From a virus, in the IMG/VR virus record IMGVR_UViG_3300042891_001180: a stretch of DNA of 64,000 nt. One strand, given 5' to 3'. Below the pieces are notes generated by a model, which worked only from the letters and a program-made list of their open reading frames with translations, was not told where the DNA came from and made no database searches. The first letter of the stretch is position 1. Every line of letters starts with the position of its first letter. Positions 18,407 to 28,407 of the stretch are shown piece by piece. The position numbers were made by a program, and so were the translations under genes.

Positions 18407-19801
18407 TTATACCTTTATGCCGGAGAAATCCTTTGTCTTAAACATTTTAGACATACCAAAGTTGCTGTTCTCGTTCTCATCTTGACCGGAATCAGCTAAG
18501 TTACTTTGAGCAATATCCTCTAAGTCATACAGTCGCATCTTCGCACGATCAATACCAATCATAAACCGCTTATATAATGTTGGATCATTATACCGGTTTT
18601 TTAACTGCTTGACCATGATCTGATTGAGACCTTCGAGCTCTTCTGTACTTATTAAGGCAAACATAAAATCTGCCGTGGCGGGTAAACCGAAGGATTCGGA
18701 CGTATCGGTCAGCTCCACATCTGTATTCGAGAACCCCGAACGCGTAGTTTGTGTAGCGGAGACGATAGGTAAATTAAATTCTACAGCTAGACCTCTCAAC
18801 TCTTCAGCAATGGCTTTGATATATGTATAAGAATTGACACCGCCACCGGGCTTGAATCTAGAGGATGCGCAGATGTTCAAGTAATCGATAAAAATAACAT
18901 CTGGCTTAAATGAACGTTTTAGCGATAATTCGTTCAATAAACCCTTAAAGTGACCAACGTGAGCAGAAGCGGTAGGGTATTCTTTGATAATTAACTTACC
19001 ATGAGACTTACCGTTAATCTTACTGATTCTACCTTCGAACATCTGCTTAGGCAAGTTCTTTAACTGATCGATTTCAACGTTTAGTAAGTTAGCATCAACA
19101 CGCTCGGCAATCCTCTCCTCCGCCATCTCCATCGTAATATAGAGAACGTTCTTTCCTAGAGCAAGATTCGCAGCAGCCATGTGACACATGAAAAGAGACT
19201 TACCCACACCAGTACCAGCCAGAGCAATATTAAGCGTCTTGTTTGGTAGGCCTCCATTTGTGATTTTATTGAATAACGAAAGATCAAACGGAAGGCGAGA
19301 CTCCACCCGATTATAAAAATCAAACCGATCAGAAGAATCTTCGAAATAATCGTGACCCACGGAAGAATCAAAGCAGACACCTAGCGCCTCCTGTAACAGT
19401 GATGGTATGCCATCTTTACTAAAGTTTTTATCTCTACCTTCCATGATACCAATCGATTGAAGAATGGCATTATAAACGGCTTTATCTTTACAAAACTTTT
19501 CAGTCTCATCCAACAGCCAATCTTGATTCGGCTTTTCAAATATATCTAACTCTTTTACTAACTCACTCGTCTCTTTAAAAGTACCCTCAGGTAAATTAGA
19601 GTTTTGTAATGTAATACCCAGCGCCTCGGTAGTTGGAGGTTTATTATACTTAACTACAAATTCGCTAATTATCTTATAAACAGTTCTTTCACTCTCATCC
19701 GTAAAGTACTCCGACTTTATAAACGGAAGAACCTTTCGCATGTAGTCTTCATTGTGGACTAGATTCCTTAGAATCGTTGTTTCCAGTCTGCTTGAACTCA
19801 T
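18407..19801 (-). CDS. gp41: Replicative DNA helicase (T4 gp41-like)
   Basis: Walker A AGTGVGKS, IIKEYPT, IDYLNIC, SATQTTR, SESFGLPATAD. Confidence 0.97.
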   Translation of the reverse strand: MSSSRLETTILRNLVHNEDYMRKVLPFIKSEYFTDESERTVYKIISEFVVKYNKPPTTEALGITLQNSNLPEGTFKETSELVKELDIFEKPNQDWLLDETEKFCKDKAVYNAILQSIGIMEGRDKNFSKDGIPSLLQEALGVCFDSSVGHDYFEDSSDRFDFYNRVESRLPFDLSLFNKITNGGLPNKTLNIALAGTGVGKSLFMCHMAAANLALGKNVLYITMEMAEERIAERVDANLLNVEIDQLKNLPKQMFEGRISKINGKSHGKLIIKEYPTASAHVGHFKGLLNELSLKRSFKPDVIFIDYLNICASSRFKPGGGVNSYTYIKAIAEELRGLAVEFNLPIVSATQTTRSGFSNTDVELTDTSESFGLPATADFMFALISTEELEGLNQIMVKQLKNRYNDPTLYKRFMIGIDRAKMRLYDLEDIAQSNLADSGQDENENSNFGMSKMFKTKDFSGIKV

Positions 19802-20057
19802 TAATTGCTTCTCTCAAAATATCATTTATAATTACTTCAATCACTGCTTTGAAGGTATCACTCTTTATGTCTTCATTGGTTATTAATTCTGGCTTGTGAA
19901 CTACGTGATAGTCAAGAGCAAGTTCGTTACTACCTTCGTCAGGCCAATCTAATTTTTCAATCTGAACAGTTACACCATTATACTCCCCGTCGATAATTTC
20001 AAAGCCCCAATCCTTTTCACCAACGAACCAAGGTTTAAATAAATCATTCCTCAACAT
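19749..20057 (-). CDS. Conserved acidic protein between uvsX and gp41 (gp40 position)
   Basis: Synteny; likely start MLRNDLF. Confidence 0.55.
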   Translation of the reverse strand: MLRNDLFKPWFVGEKDWGFEIIDGEYNGVTVQIEKLDWPDEGSNELALDYHVVHKPELITNEDIKSDTFKAVIEVIINDILREAINEFKQTGNNDSKESSPQ

Positions 20058-21108
20058 CAGCATACTCCTTGGTAATATCCTCATCACTCAAGATAGCACC
20101 GTTAGCAACTTGATAGGTGGTCTTTACCCATTCCTGGAATGAAGGCGACTGAAGGATAGGTAACCAGAACTCCTTAGTATCGCATTGTGCAGATCTAAAC
20201 TTCTGCTCTTCTACTTCACCGGTATCTTTATTAACGCGAGAATACCAACCGTTAGAAGGTTTAATAACGTGACCGGATTCTAAAGCCATATCCAGTAAAC
20301 CAGACCAACGACTGATACCACCATCGTGACGAACGGTAACAGGGATCTTAGATTTCTCTCTTACATAACGAGACTTCTCAACGTTAATAATAAAGTTATA
20401 ACCTACAACCTCGGTACCGTCTTTTTCCTGCTGACGACCAAGGATAAAGATATTATCAGCGGCATAATAAGAACCAGTACCACCACCTACCACATCTTTA
20501 GCATACAACTCCATTGTCTTGTAAGTATGGTTAACTACAATCATAGGAATATCTTTAAGAGACAGATGTGGAGTAATCATACGGAACAAAGACTTAATCT
20601 GCTTTGCACGTGACATATCGGCTACCGACTTACCTTCTAAAGCATCTTCGACTTCTTTCTTAGATGCCAAGTTACCAATAGAGTCAATAATAATAATCAG
20701 ATGATCACTTCTTTCAACGCCCTCTAACTGAGTCATTACATCGAACTTTAACTGCTCGATATTAGTCAGAGGCGTATGAATAACGCGCTTAGAATCAATA
20801 CCGAAAGAGTCAAAGTATGACTGAGGAGTACCGAACTCAGAATCATAAAAGAGTAAAGCCGCATCGGGATACTTATCCAGATACGACTTCGCCATCAACA
20901 AAGAGAAAGCAGTCTTAAAGTGCTTCGAAGGTCCAGCCCACATCGTTAAACCAGGCGTTAGACCTCCGTCTAATTTACCTGACAATGCAATATTAATTGC
21001 AGGAATAGAAGTAGGAATCATATCCTTCTTCTGAAAGAATTTCGAATCGGCTAGAATAGCCGTATCCTTAATCGTAGAGTTCTTCTTAATTTTATCAAGT
21101 ATAGACAT
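20044..21108 (-). CDS. uvsX: RecA-like recombinase UvsX
   Basis: AGPSKHFKT, FYDSEFG, DSIGNLASKKE, ADMSRAK. Confidence 0.97.
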   Translation of the reverse strand: MSILDKIKKNSTIKDTAILADSKFFQKKDMIPTSIPAINIALSGKLDGGLTPGLTMWAGPSKHFKTAFSLLMAKSYLDKYPDAALLFYDSEFGTPQSYFDSFGIDSKRVIHTPLTNIEQLKFDVMTQLEGVERSDHLIIIIDSIGNLASKKEVEDALEGKSVADMSRAKQIKSLFRMITPHLSLKDIPMIVVNHTYKTMELYAKDVVGGGTGSYYAADNIFILGRQQEKDGTEVVGYNFIINVEKSRYVREKSKIPVTVRHDGGISRWSGLLDMALESGHVIKPSNGWYSRVNKDTGEVEEQKFRSAQCDTKEFWLPILQSPSFQEWVKTTYQVANGAILSDEDITKEYADVEE

Positions 21109-21132
21109 AGTGTAGTTCCTTATAGATCACTT

Positions 21133-21161
21133 ATTATAATATAGATCAGACGTAATATCAA
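21133..21161 (-). promoter_or_regulatory. sigma70-like promoter for uvsX
   Basis: TTGATA-17 nt-TATAAT. Confidence 0.7.
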
Positions 21162-21165
21162 TCGA

Positions 21166-21606
21166 TTACTGGCACCAGCTTTGCTTAGCGTCACCGTAAT
21201 ATTCACGTGCTAACCCGTTTTGAATTAGTCCTGCCCGAACACTCTGACCGTTAACTAAGATATCTCCAAGTACCCTACCACCAAATTTGTCCCATGCGTA
21301 CAATGTAACTTGTATCTTACCGCCTTGGGCGATTAACTGAGAAGTCCATTTACTGGCTAACTGTGCTCTTTGATCTTCTTGTGGACACTGTGCTCTATGT
21401 CCTTTTTCTGGTGTATCTACTCCGAAGATACGAACTGCTAGTTCTGGTTTAAGTGGAGCAGGCAAGAACGGTGCTGCAATAACAATAGTATCACCATCAC
21501 TTACACGTAAAACTTGTGTATCATAGGTAGCTGAGTTCTTGGGCATCTTTTGAGCAAATGCCTGGGTAACTAATAGCAGCGAGAGAATTGCAATATACTT
21601 TTTCAT
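21166..21606 (-). CDS. Staphylococcal-nuclease (SNase)-like nuclease with signal peptide
   Basis: Sec signal ending AFA; DGDT, VRIFGVDTPE, DKFGGRVLG, GLA motifs. Confidence 0.9.
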   Translation of the reverse strand: MKKYIAILSLLLVTQAFAQKMPKNSATYDTQVLRVSDGDTIVIAAPFLPAPLKPELAVRIFGVDTPEKGHRAQCPQEDQRAQLASKWTSQLIAQGGKIQVTLYAWDKFGGRVLGDILVNGQSVRAGLIQNGLAREYYGDAKQSWCQ

Positions 21607-24113
21607 CCGAATAATCCTTCTAGAGATGCGGTTTCTTTAACTTGCCAGCCAATACAGCTGAGTAAAGAGTTAAGGGGTTCGAGAAAAGACTTCTCAAACA
21701 TTTTATCATAATCAATATACTCACGTATTTTAAATTCAGGAGGAACTTCACCTGCAAATGTAATGACGTGAGTACCAAGGGGATTAGGTTCACGAAGATA
21801 CAAGAACTTAATCTTATCACCCTCTTGAATCAGTTGATACTTCTTCTCCAGTCCCTTACTTGCGACCAGATGATTATATATCAACGCCCCTCTCACATGA
21901 ATAGGGGTACCCTTCCTAAAGATACCATTTGAGTCAGCATACTCCTTGATACCGTTCACACCTCGAGGGAATGCAATATCTTCAGGATCCAAGCTATGCC
22001 ACTTCACCTCTAAGTCAGCTACAAATTGCCTTAACGTCATTTCGTCTTTAGTAAGTGCAATCGATACAGCTTCCTTAAGCGCCTTACGAACCGGAGCAGG
22101 AGTAGAAGACCGAACAATCTCCATACCCAGCACTTTTAGTTTAGGGGGATCGTATGCAACACCTTCAGAGTTATAAACATTTACAGCATACCGTTTCTTA
22201 GCAATCCAGATGCCCCTATCGGCAATAATCTCACGCTTGAACTTAATCTTACGCTGGTAGATATTTAAATAATCCGAGAGAGACTCGCAAGCATCATTAA
22301 TCGTCGGTTCAATCTGAGTTGTACAATACTTGTCGAGGACGTCGACGATTGTATGCTTGTCTTTGTCTTTAAGATTCTTTTCAACAAGAGCACCAAGAGT
22401 AATATAGGTAGAATCGGTATCAGAGTAAAAAGAATAATCAACATCCTTTGTTCCCACTTCCTTATTAACAAACTCGTTTAGTTTTTTAGCCACCGAGCGT
22501 ATCAGTAGCTGACCGGTCATCGTAATACCTTCAGCAATTCTAATATCATAGAATCTAAAGTGAACGTTACCCATTGCACCGTAAAGAGAGTTCATCAAGA
22601 TCTTAGCAGCCATCTGCTTTGAGTTAAGACTAGATATCAGACCAAGGTACTTCTTGTCTTTAGTCTCCTCGTACTTGCTTTGAGCTGCAAGCATTTCCTT
22701 CTTAGCCACTTGACGAGAAGTAAAATAGAAGTCAATTAACTCCGGGAAGATACCTTTCTTCTTACGAGTAAAACATTGACCATTAGCAGTCATAGACCAA
22801 TCGTTCTTAAGTATCTCAGAAGTATTAACTTCGCCGTCAATTAACCGCTGAATACTTTTCTCGTCATCAGCTAAAAACTTCTGACCGTCTACCAGGGTCT
22901 CCGGTGACATATTCCAAGACATAATAATAGAGGGGTAAAGAGAGGTAGCGTCAAAAGATACTACCCAATCATATTGAGTCGGCTTAGGTTCCTTAACATA
23001 CGCACCCATAATAGTTCGATCCATGGCTGGATCGACACCCGGTGGGTTATGAACGATAATATTATTTCTTAACAGCTTATTATATAGAATACAATCCCAC
23101 GTTCTTACAGAAGAAAAGATATCTGTAAAGTTACACTTAGCATCATATGCCATCGTGAGAATCAGAGTAATGATTCGCATCTTATCTTCAAGACGATCAA
23201 CTAACTCTACGTCTCGAATATTATAGTCTACAAACAGTTCCCAGTCCTTGGTATAGAACTCTTTAAACGTAGCATGCGGGTTCTTTAACTTCTGCTCCCC
23301 CAGCTCCTCCATCGCAACGGTATCTAGTTTATAATTCTCAACCATCTTATAAGAGAACTTTTTATAAAGATCCATAAAGTCAAGAATAGAGATACCACAC
23401 CATTCAAAAGCTAACTGAGTACGACCACGCGCAGTAGGTACTTCATACTGCCTTATATAACCCCAGGGTGAGCATTCGTTTAGAGCTTTCTCACCCAGCA
23501 CTTTCATAATACGAGAAGACAGGTAGGCGATATCGAATAACTGACTATTCCAACCAGTCGTTACATCAGGGTAATCAGACTTATGATGGTTGATGAACTG
23601 ACGTAGAAGATCGAATTCATCTTTACACTGAACATATACCGAATTAGGTTTCTTGCTCAGATAAGGACCACAGCCAAACGTAGTAATTACCTTTGTATTA
23701 AAGTCTTGTACAGAAATAAGTGTAACTTGTTCTTGCGCAGTCCTGGGTTCAGGAAAACCGTATTCAGTTGTTGTCTCAATATCGATAGTTACAATCTTCA
23801 TCAATGAAATATCGAATTCGATAGTATCAGGAAACATCTTACTGATGAACTGATAACCATAACTTCTATTACCGAAGATAGGAAAGTTACTTACTTCTTT
23901 ATATTGATCGACAAAAGCTCGAGCCTCTTTGATCGTACTGAACTTAATCTTTTCAAGATTTTCACCCCACAACGATTTAAATTCTGATGGCTTACCAGAA
24001 CGAACATAAAGGGTAGGTTGGAAGGGAATCTTTTGATTTACGCGTTTTCCGTCTTTAAAGCCACGGAAATGCACGTAATCACCGCGCGTATAGATATTGG
24101 TATAGAAGAGCAT
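21603..24113 (-). CDS. gp43: Family B DNA polymerase (T4 gp43-like)
   Basis: ExoI DIET, SFDATSLYPS, KILMNSLYG, YSDTDS, KKRY, C-terminal clamp-binding SLEGLF. Confidence 0.98.
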   Translation of the reverse strand: MLFYTNIYTRGDYVHFRGFKDGKRVNQKIPFQPTLYVRSGKPSEFKSLWGENLEKIKFSTIKEARAFVDQYKEVSNFPIFGNRSYGYQFISKMFPDTIEFDISLMKIVTIDIETTTEYGFPEPRTAQEQVTLISVQDFNTKVITTFGCGPYLSKKPNSVYVQCKDEFDLLRQFINHHKSDYPDVTTGWNSQLFDIAYLSSRIMKVLGEKALNECSPWGYIRQYEVPTARGRTQLAFEWCGISILDFMDLYKKFSYKMVENYKLDTVAMEELGEQKLKNPHATFKEFYTKDWELFVDYNIRDVELVDRLEDKMRIITLILTMAYDAKCNFTDIFSSVRTWDCILYNKLLRNNIIVHNPPGVDPAMDRTIMGAYVKEPKPTQYDWVVSFDATSLYPSIIMSWNMSPETLVDGQKFLADDEKSIQRLIDGEVNTSEILKNDWSMTANGQCFTRKKKGIFPELIDFYFTSRQVAKKEMLAAQSKYEETKDKKYLGLISSLNSKQMAAKILMNSLYGAMGNVHFRFYDIRIAEGITMTGQLLIRSVAKKLNEFVNKEVGTKDVDYSFYSDTDSTYITLGALVEKNLKDKDKHTIVDVLDKYCTTQIEPTINDACESLSDYLNIYQRKIKFKREIIADRGIWIAKKRYAVNVYNSEGVAYDPPKLKVLGMEIVRSSTPAPVRKALKEAVSIALTKDEMTLRQFVADLEVKWHSLDPEDIAFPRGVNGIKEYADSNGIFRKGTPIHVRGALIYNHLVASKGLEKKYQLIQEGDKIKFLYLREPNPLGTHVITFAGEVPPEFKIREYIDYDKMFEKSFLEPLNSLLSCIGWQVKETASLEGLFG

Positions 24114-24119
24114 TTGTCT

Positions 24120-24148
24120 ATTATATATTACCTTGCTAAACGTTGCAA
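24120..24148 (-). promoter_or_regulatory. sigma70-like promoter giving an apparently leaderless gp43 mRNA
   Basis: TTGCAA-17 nt-TATAAT-6 nt-ATG. Confidence 0.7.
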
Positions 24149-24159
24149 GCTCATTCGGT

Positions 24160-24167
24160 CATAAATA
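24160..24167 (+). promoter_or_regulatory. Late-type promoter variant CATAAATA for plus-strand island
   Basis: One mismatch to TATAAATA, upstream of 24239. Confidence 0.45.
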
Positions 24168-24238
24168 ATAACGTAATAATGCCCGTAAATTTGAGTATTA
24201 CCTATATTATGATCGAAAGAAAGAAATAAGGAAAAAAA

Positions 24239-25414
24239 ATGCTCTACAAAAAGATCGCTGCAATAGCGCTTTTTGTTATGTTGTTTGGCAACGTACATGC
24301 TCAAACATTGATAAATCAAGGAACTTACGATAGTAAAACCCTGGTGGACACCAACAGCACTTCTAACAGTGTTAGTACCGTTAATAGTAATAGTACTGCT
24401 AATAGCAACAGTACAGCAACCAGTACCTCGACAGTTAACAGTAATTCTGTAAATACTAACAATAATAATAACGCCAGTACCAGTACAAGTACCAACGTTA
24501 ATACTAACAACAATGTTAACAGCGGAACTCAAACGTTTAATAATAACAACGTTAATTCCGGTACTCTGACGTATAATAATAACAACGTCAATTCTGGTAC
24601 AATGACTAACATTAACCAGAATACTTCTGCTTCTACAAGTAATAATACTAACGTTAATACTAACCACAATATTAACAGTGGTACCCAGACGTTTAATAAT
24701 AATAACGTCAGTACAAGTACTTCAACCAATACCAATATTAATAAAAATGAAAATACTGGTACGATGACGTATAACAATAACAACGTCAGTACATCAACTA
24801 ATAATAACGTCAATACTTCTACTAGCACTAATAATAATGTGAATACTGGTGACATGACTAATCGAAATATTAGTACGTCAACATCACAAAGTGTTAATAC
24901 AAATAATAACGTTAACCAGAATGCTAATATTAACCAGAACATTAACTCTGGTGAAGTAACTAACATTAATAAAAACGAAACCCTTATCACACAAAGAGTC
25001 ATTCAGCCTCCTCCAACAGCGGTTGCTCCTACAATGATGAGTGGGGGTAACAATGACTTGTGTTCTACAGGTTCATCTGGATCAGTTCAAACGCAAGTGT
25101 TTGGTGTTTCATCCGGTGGAACAGTTCGTGATATGAATTGTGAGCGTTTAAAGTTATCTAAGACCCTGTATGACATGGGTATGAAAGTAGCCGCAGTTGC
25201 CGTTATGTGTCAAGATGAACGGGTATTTAACGCAATGATGAATGCTGGTACACCTTGTCCTATTGAAGGTAAGATTGGTGAGCAGGCTAGACTCACATGG
25301 GAAGAAAATAAAGATAAGATCCCAAAACCACCAAAAGAAGACAAATATGAAACTGTTAAAAACGTTGGCTTTGGCTCTTTGCTTGGCGTCCTCGTTCACG
25401 CCGCTTTTAAGTAA
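24239..25414 (+). CDS. Secreted Asn/Thr/Ser-repeat protein with Cys-containing C-terminal domain
   Basis: Signal peptide ending VHA; NNNNVNSGTxTx repeats; PPPTAVAP...C...NCERLKL...MCQD...PCP; hydrophobic C-terminus. Confidence 0.85.
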   Translation: MLYKKIAAIALFVMLFGNVHAQTLINQGTYDSKTLVDTNSTSNSVSTVNSNSTANSNSTATSTSTVNSNSVNTNNNNNASTSTSTNVNTNNNVNSGTQTFNNNNVNSGTLTYNNNNVNSGTMTNINQNTSASTSNNTNVNTNHNINSGTQTFNNNNVSTSTSTNTNINKNENTGTMTYNNNNVSTSTNNNVNTSTSTNNNVNTGDMTNRNISTSTSQSVNTNNNVNQNANINQNINSGEVTNINKNETLITQRVIQPPPTAVAPTMMSGGNNDLCSTGSSGSVQTQVFGVSSGGTVRDMNCERLKLSKTLYDMGMKVAAVAVMCQDERVFNAMMNAGTPCPIEGKIGEQARLTWEENKDKIPKPPKEDKYETVKNVGFGSLLGVLVHAAFK

Positions 25415-27176
25415 AGCCCAGACACTAGTACCAGGTCAAGTCTCTACCACCGGGAATATCGTTCAAGATACTCCCTATGGTGGTCCTACGCCTTGGGTTG
25501 GTGGAGTCTATCAAAACCAACTGACATGTTGGGCGTACGGTGACCCTGGTTATTGCGGACCAAGTCCAATTGTAAGGCCAGGTGGTAACATTAATTTCTC
25601 ATACGGGTCATCATACATATATCAACAACAGCATATCTCTACGTTATTACCTTCATCAACAGGTCTTCAAGTTAATGGTTATAACTTTGGATTTATGGCA
25701 AAAAACGGTAACGGGTGGGATAATGGTGGTACAGATAGTTTGACAGCTTTAGTTCGTTTCTGGGATAATACTAATGGTAGAGCTGCTAATAATTTATTAT
25801 ACGGGGATGCATTTTCGTTAAATTATAAATTTAATTGGACTCAATTTGATTATTCAAAAACCTTTACAACACCGCTTGCAGTACCTTCTATCGGGCAGGT
25901 ACAGTATGGTTTTATAGGTAGAGATAATAATGGGTGGGCAGGACCTTATGGACCGGAAATCTATAATGTTAGTTTTAGTTTAAAATATTCTGTAGACCCA
26001 TGTGCAACAAATGTATTCAGTAGCCCTACATGTCCCGGTTATTCAGATGCTTTGGCTAAATTAGCTCCTAAGACTACTACGACAGAAGCTACAGTATCAG
26101 CGCCACCTCCGCCACCGCCTGAAATGGTTGCAATGGCACCAGGAGCACCGCTACCTCCAGGCAGTCCTCCTCCCCCCGGTAACCCTCCTCCACCTGAAGG
26201 CTCACAACCTCCACCACCTCAACAAAGCGGTCCTGCTCCAGCTGGAGCTCCCGCACCTGGACCAATGCAACAAGCATCGGCTCAACAACCTGCACCAGGG
26301 GGGCAACAGGCGAAGGCTGGGGAGGTAAGTGACTCGTCAGGGTCATCTAAGACTACTGTTTCTTTATCTTCAGTTCTTAGTATGATTAGTTCTAATCAAG
26401 ACAAGACGTCTGCACTAGAAAAGTCTGTTGTACAATCTGCAGATGCACAAGCATTTTCTGCAGGTGAATCAGCTAAGCAACAAGCTGAGAAGATTGCAGG
26501 GGATCAACAATCACAAAGTATGAGTGCGGGGGGTGGGTCAACTAGCACTTCACAGACAGCAAGTTCCCAAGCATCATTTACTACAACACAAAGCTCAATG
26601 GCTTCCTTACAGGGAGGTCAGCAATCAAGTAATGCATCTAATACTGCAAGAGTACAACAATCTATTAACAACAGCGTTAGTTCTCAATCAAGTACTTTAA
26701 ACTTTACTGGTACAACAACTCAACAAAGTAGTTATCAAAATACAACTAGACAAGAAACTAATGTATCTGTGGCTACTCCTACAGTATCTTACAGTCTGGT
26801 TACCCCTATCAGACAGACCATTCAACCTCAAGTTGAATTACCCATGCTTGAGGGTATAAAGTTTGGAGTTAAAAATGCAGTTGACTCGGCAATGGAGTCA
26901 AGACCCTTTGTACCTCAAATGAATGATAATTCTCAACAGAATGACAGTGTAAAGAAAAATGTTGCGAATAACGAATTAGCTGGTAATGTATCGATTGAGT
27001 CAATTGCAAAACAACCTGCAAATTATGCACAATATTTTGTTATGATGCCAGATGTTGCATTTTATGCACCTAAAGAAATTTATAGAAATCAAAGAACTGT
27101 AGATAACGTCAGAGCATTAAGACAAATGAGTTCTGATAGATTACACCAACAAATGGTTGACCAACAATACAAATAA
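25347..27176 (+). CDS. Secreted protein: beta-rich N-domain, Pro-rich linker, Ser/Gln-rich region (start moved to MKLLKTLAL)
   Basis: Signal peptide; CWAYGDPGYC and DPC...SPTCPGY motifs; poly-Pro tract. Confidence 0.8.
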   Translation: MKLLKTLALALCLASSFTPLLSKAQTLVPGQVSTTGNIVQDTPYGGPTPWVGGVYQNQLTCWAYGDPGYCGPSPIVRPGGNINFSYGSSYIYQQQHISTLLPSSTGLQVNGYNFGFMAKNGNGWDNGGTDSLTALVRFWDNTNGRAANNLLYGDAFSLNYKFNWTQFDYSKTFTTPLAVPSIGQVQYGFIGRDNNGWAGPYGPEIYNVSFSLKYSVDPCATNVFSSPTCPGYSDALAKLAPKTTTTEATVSAPPPPPPEMVAMAPGAPLPPGSPPPPGNPPPPEGSQPPPPQQSGPAPAGAPAPGPMQQASAQQPAPGGQQAKAGEVSDSSGSSKTTVSLSSVLSMISSNQDKTSALEKSVVQSADAQAFSAGESAKQQAEKIAGDQQSQSMSAGGGSTSTSQTASSQASFTTTQSSMASLQGGQQSSNASNTARVQQSINNSVSSQSSTLNFTGTTTQQSSYQNTTRQETNVSVATPTVSYSLVTPIRQTIQPQVELPMLEGIKFGVKNAVDSAMESRPFVPQMNDNSQQNDSVKKNVANNELAGNVSIESIAKQPANYAQYFVMMPDVAFYAPKEIYRNQRTVDNVRALRQMSSDRLHQQMVDQQYK

Positions 27177-27185
27177 GGAAGTAAA

Positions 27186-27773
27186 ATGGCAGAAGAAATT
27201 AAAAACGTAAACGCTAAGATTGACGAAGCAGAAGCAGCAGTAAAGAAGTACGCTTCAAAAGATACTGTTATCAGTATTGGTGGTTATGAATTTACCCCAG
27301 CAAAATTAATGGTTGCATTTACTATTGTATCTTCTACACTTGGCGGTCTTTACGGTACTTTTGAAGTATACAAAGACTATCAAGGTATGAAAAAGAAAAT
27401 TGCCTCTTATGAAGCACCGGACCTCTCTGGATTCGATAAAAGGCTGGCTGTTATAGAAGAAAATTCTGGTAAGACGAGTGACTATACACGTGATATTAAG
27501 AATGATCTTAAAAGTGATATTCGCCGAAATGAATCTGTTACCGAACAAGTTGAACGTAGTGTAAAAACAGTACAACGTGAAACAGAATCTGAAATGAGAG
27601 AAATGCGTAAAGCAGTCAGAGAAGACTTAGAGAAAGCTCGTAACGAGGCAAATATTATTCGCAGAGAAATGGCTGATACACGTAAAGAAATTGAACGTGA
27701 AGTCGTTCAGTTGAAGAAAGAAGTCGATACCAAGATTCAAAAAGCAGTTGATAACCCACTGGCGAACAAATAA
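27186..27773 (+). CDS. Single-TM coiled-coil protein
   Basis: TM LMVAFTIVSSTLGGLYG, long coiled coil, ends DNPLANK; AAGGA RBS. Confidence 0.8.
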   Translation: MAEEIKNVNAKIDEAEAAVKKYASKDTVISIGGYEFTPAKLMVAFTIVSSTLGGLYGTFEVYKDYQGMKKKIASYEAPDLSGFDKRLAVIEENSGKTSDYTRDIKNDLKSDIRRNESVTEQVERSVKTVQRETESEMREMRKAVREDLEKARNEANIIRREMADTRKEIEREVVQLKKEVDTKIQKAVDNPLANK

Positions 27774-27913
27774 TGTTTGGAACCGCTCTAGCCCTCTACA
27801 TGTACATTAAACCACCTGAATGTATCAGGTGGACATGGAGTGGGGATGTTTACAACCGAAAAGTAGTCTGTTTAGAGTGGCGTAAAAAAGACAAAGAGGA
27901 GAAGAAGAAATGA
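27773..27913 (+). CDS. Small protein (46 aa) with C.RWTW.GDVYNRKVVCLEW motif
   Basis: Manual translation; translational coupling at both ends (TAATG, ATGA). Confidence 0.6.
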   Translation: MFGTALALYMYIKPPECIRWTWSGDVYNRKVVCLEWRKKDKEEKKK

Positions 27914-28407
27914 TCGATCCAATGACAGCACTTGCAGGTATACAATCTGCAATTAGCATGGTTAAGAAAGCTAGTAAAGTAGCTAACGATCTGGGATCCC
28001 TTGCTCCTATGATCGGTAAAATGTTTGATGCTAAGAGCACTGCCACAAAAGCTTTAATGGAGGCTAAAAAGTCTAAGAAAGGTTCCAACATGGGAACCGC
28101 GCTTCAGATTGAAATGGCTTTAGAACAGGCTAGGGCTTTTGAAGAAGAACTAAAGATGTTGTTTATGCAGACGGGTAAAATAGACGTCTGGAATAAGATT
28201 AAAGCACGTCAAGCAGAAATGGATGCTGATGATGCCAATGATTTAAGAATGTTTAACGATCAAGAGCGTAAACGTAAACAAAAAGAAGCAGAGCTAAATG
28301 AGTGGGCAGTAATATTAGGTGCAAGCGCATTTATTTTATTCATACTGTTTATTGGTGGTTATGAACTGCATCAGTTTTGTCAAACAGGTAATAGGTGCGG
28401 AAGATGA
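27910..28407 (+). CDS. Helical protein with C-terminal TM anchor
   Basis: MIDPMTALAG N-terminus, coiled coil, TM near C-terminus. Confidence 0.75.
   Translation: MIDPMTALAGIQSAISMVKKASKVANDLGSLAPMIGKMFDAKSTATKALMEAKKSKKGSNMGTALQIEMALEQARAFEEELKMLFMQTGKIDVWNKIKARQAEMDADDANDLRMFNDQERKRKQKEAELNEWAVILGASAFILFILFIGGYELHQFCQTGNRCGR

Noticed and set aside
1259-24113. Introns or inteins in nrdA, gp61, gp41, uvsX and gp43
   Set aside because: All ORFs are continuous, of normal length, with no splicing motifs or homing endonucleases seen.
24340-24980. Possible CRISPR-like or tandem DNA array
   Set aside because: Repeats are in-frame, codon-degenerate and lack a fixed repeat-spacer structure; no cas genes are seen.
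24128-25002. Leu/Val-rich minus-strand ORFs (24128-24667, 24325-24513, 24529-25002)
   Set aside because: Antisense shadows of the AAT/AAC/ACT repeat gene; no RBS or independent signal.
25242-25346. Extended N-termini in the ORF track (also 6586-6624, 29954-30004, 34982-35038, 47593-47628)
   Set aside because: Downstream ATGs give signal peptides, family-typical starts or translational coupling; the long overlaps are unnecessary.
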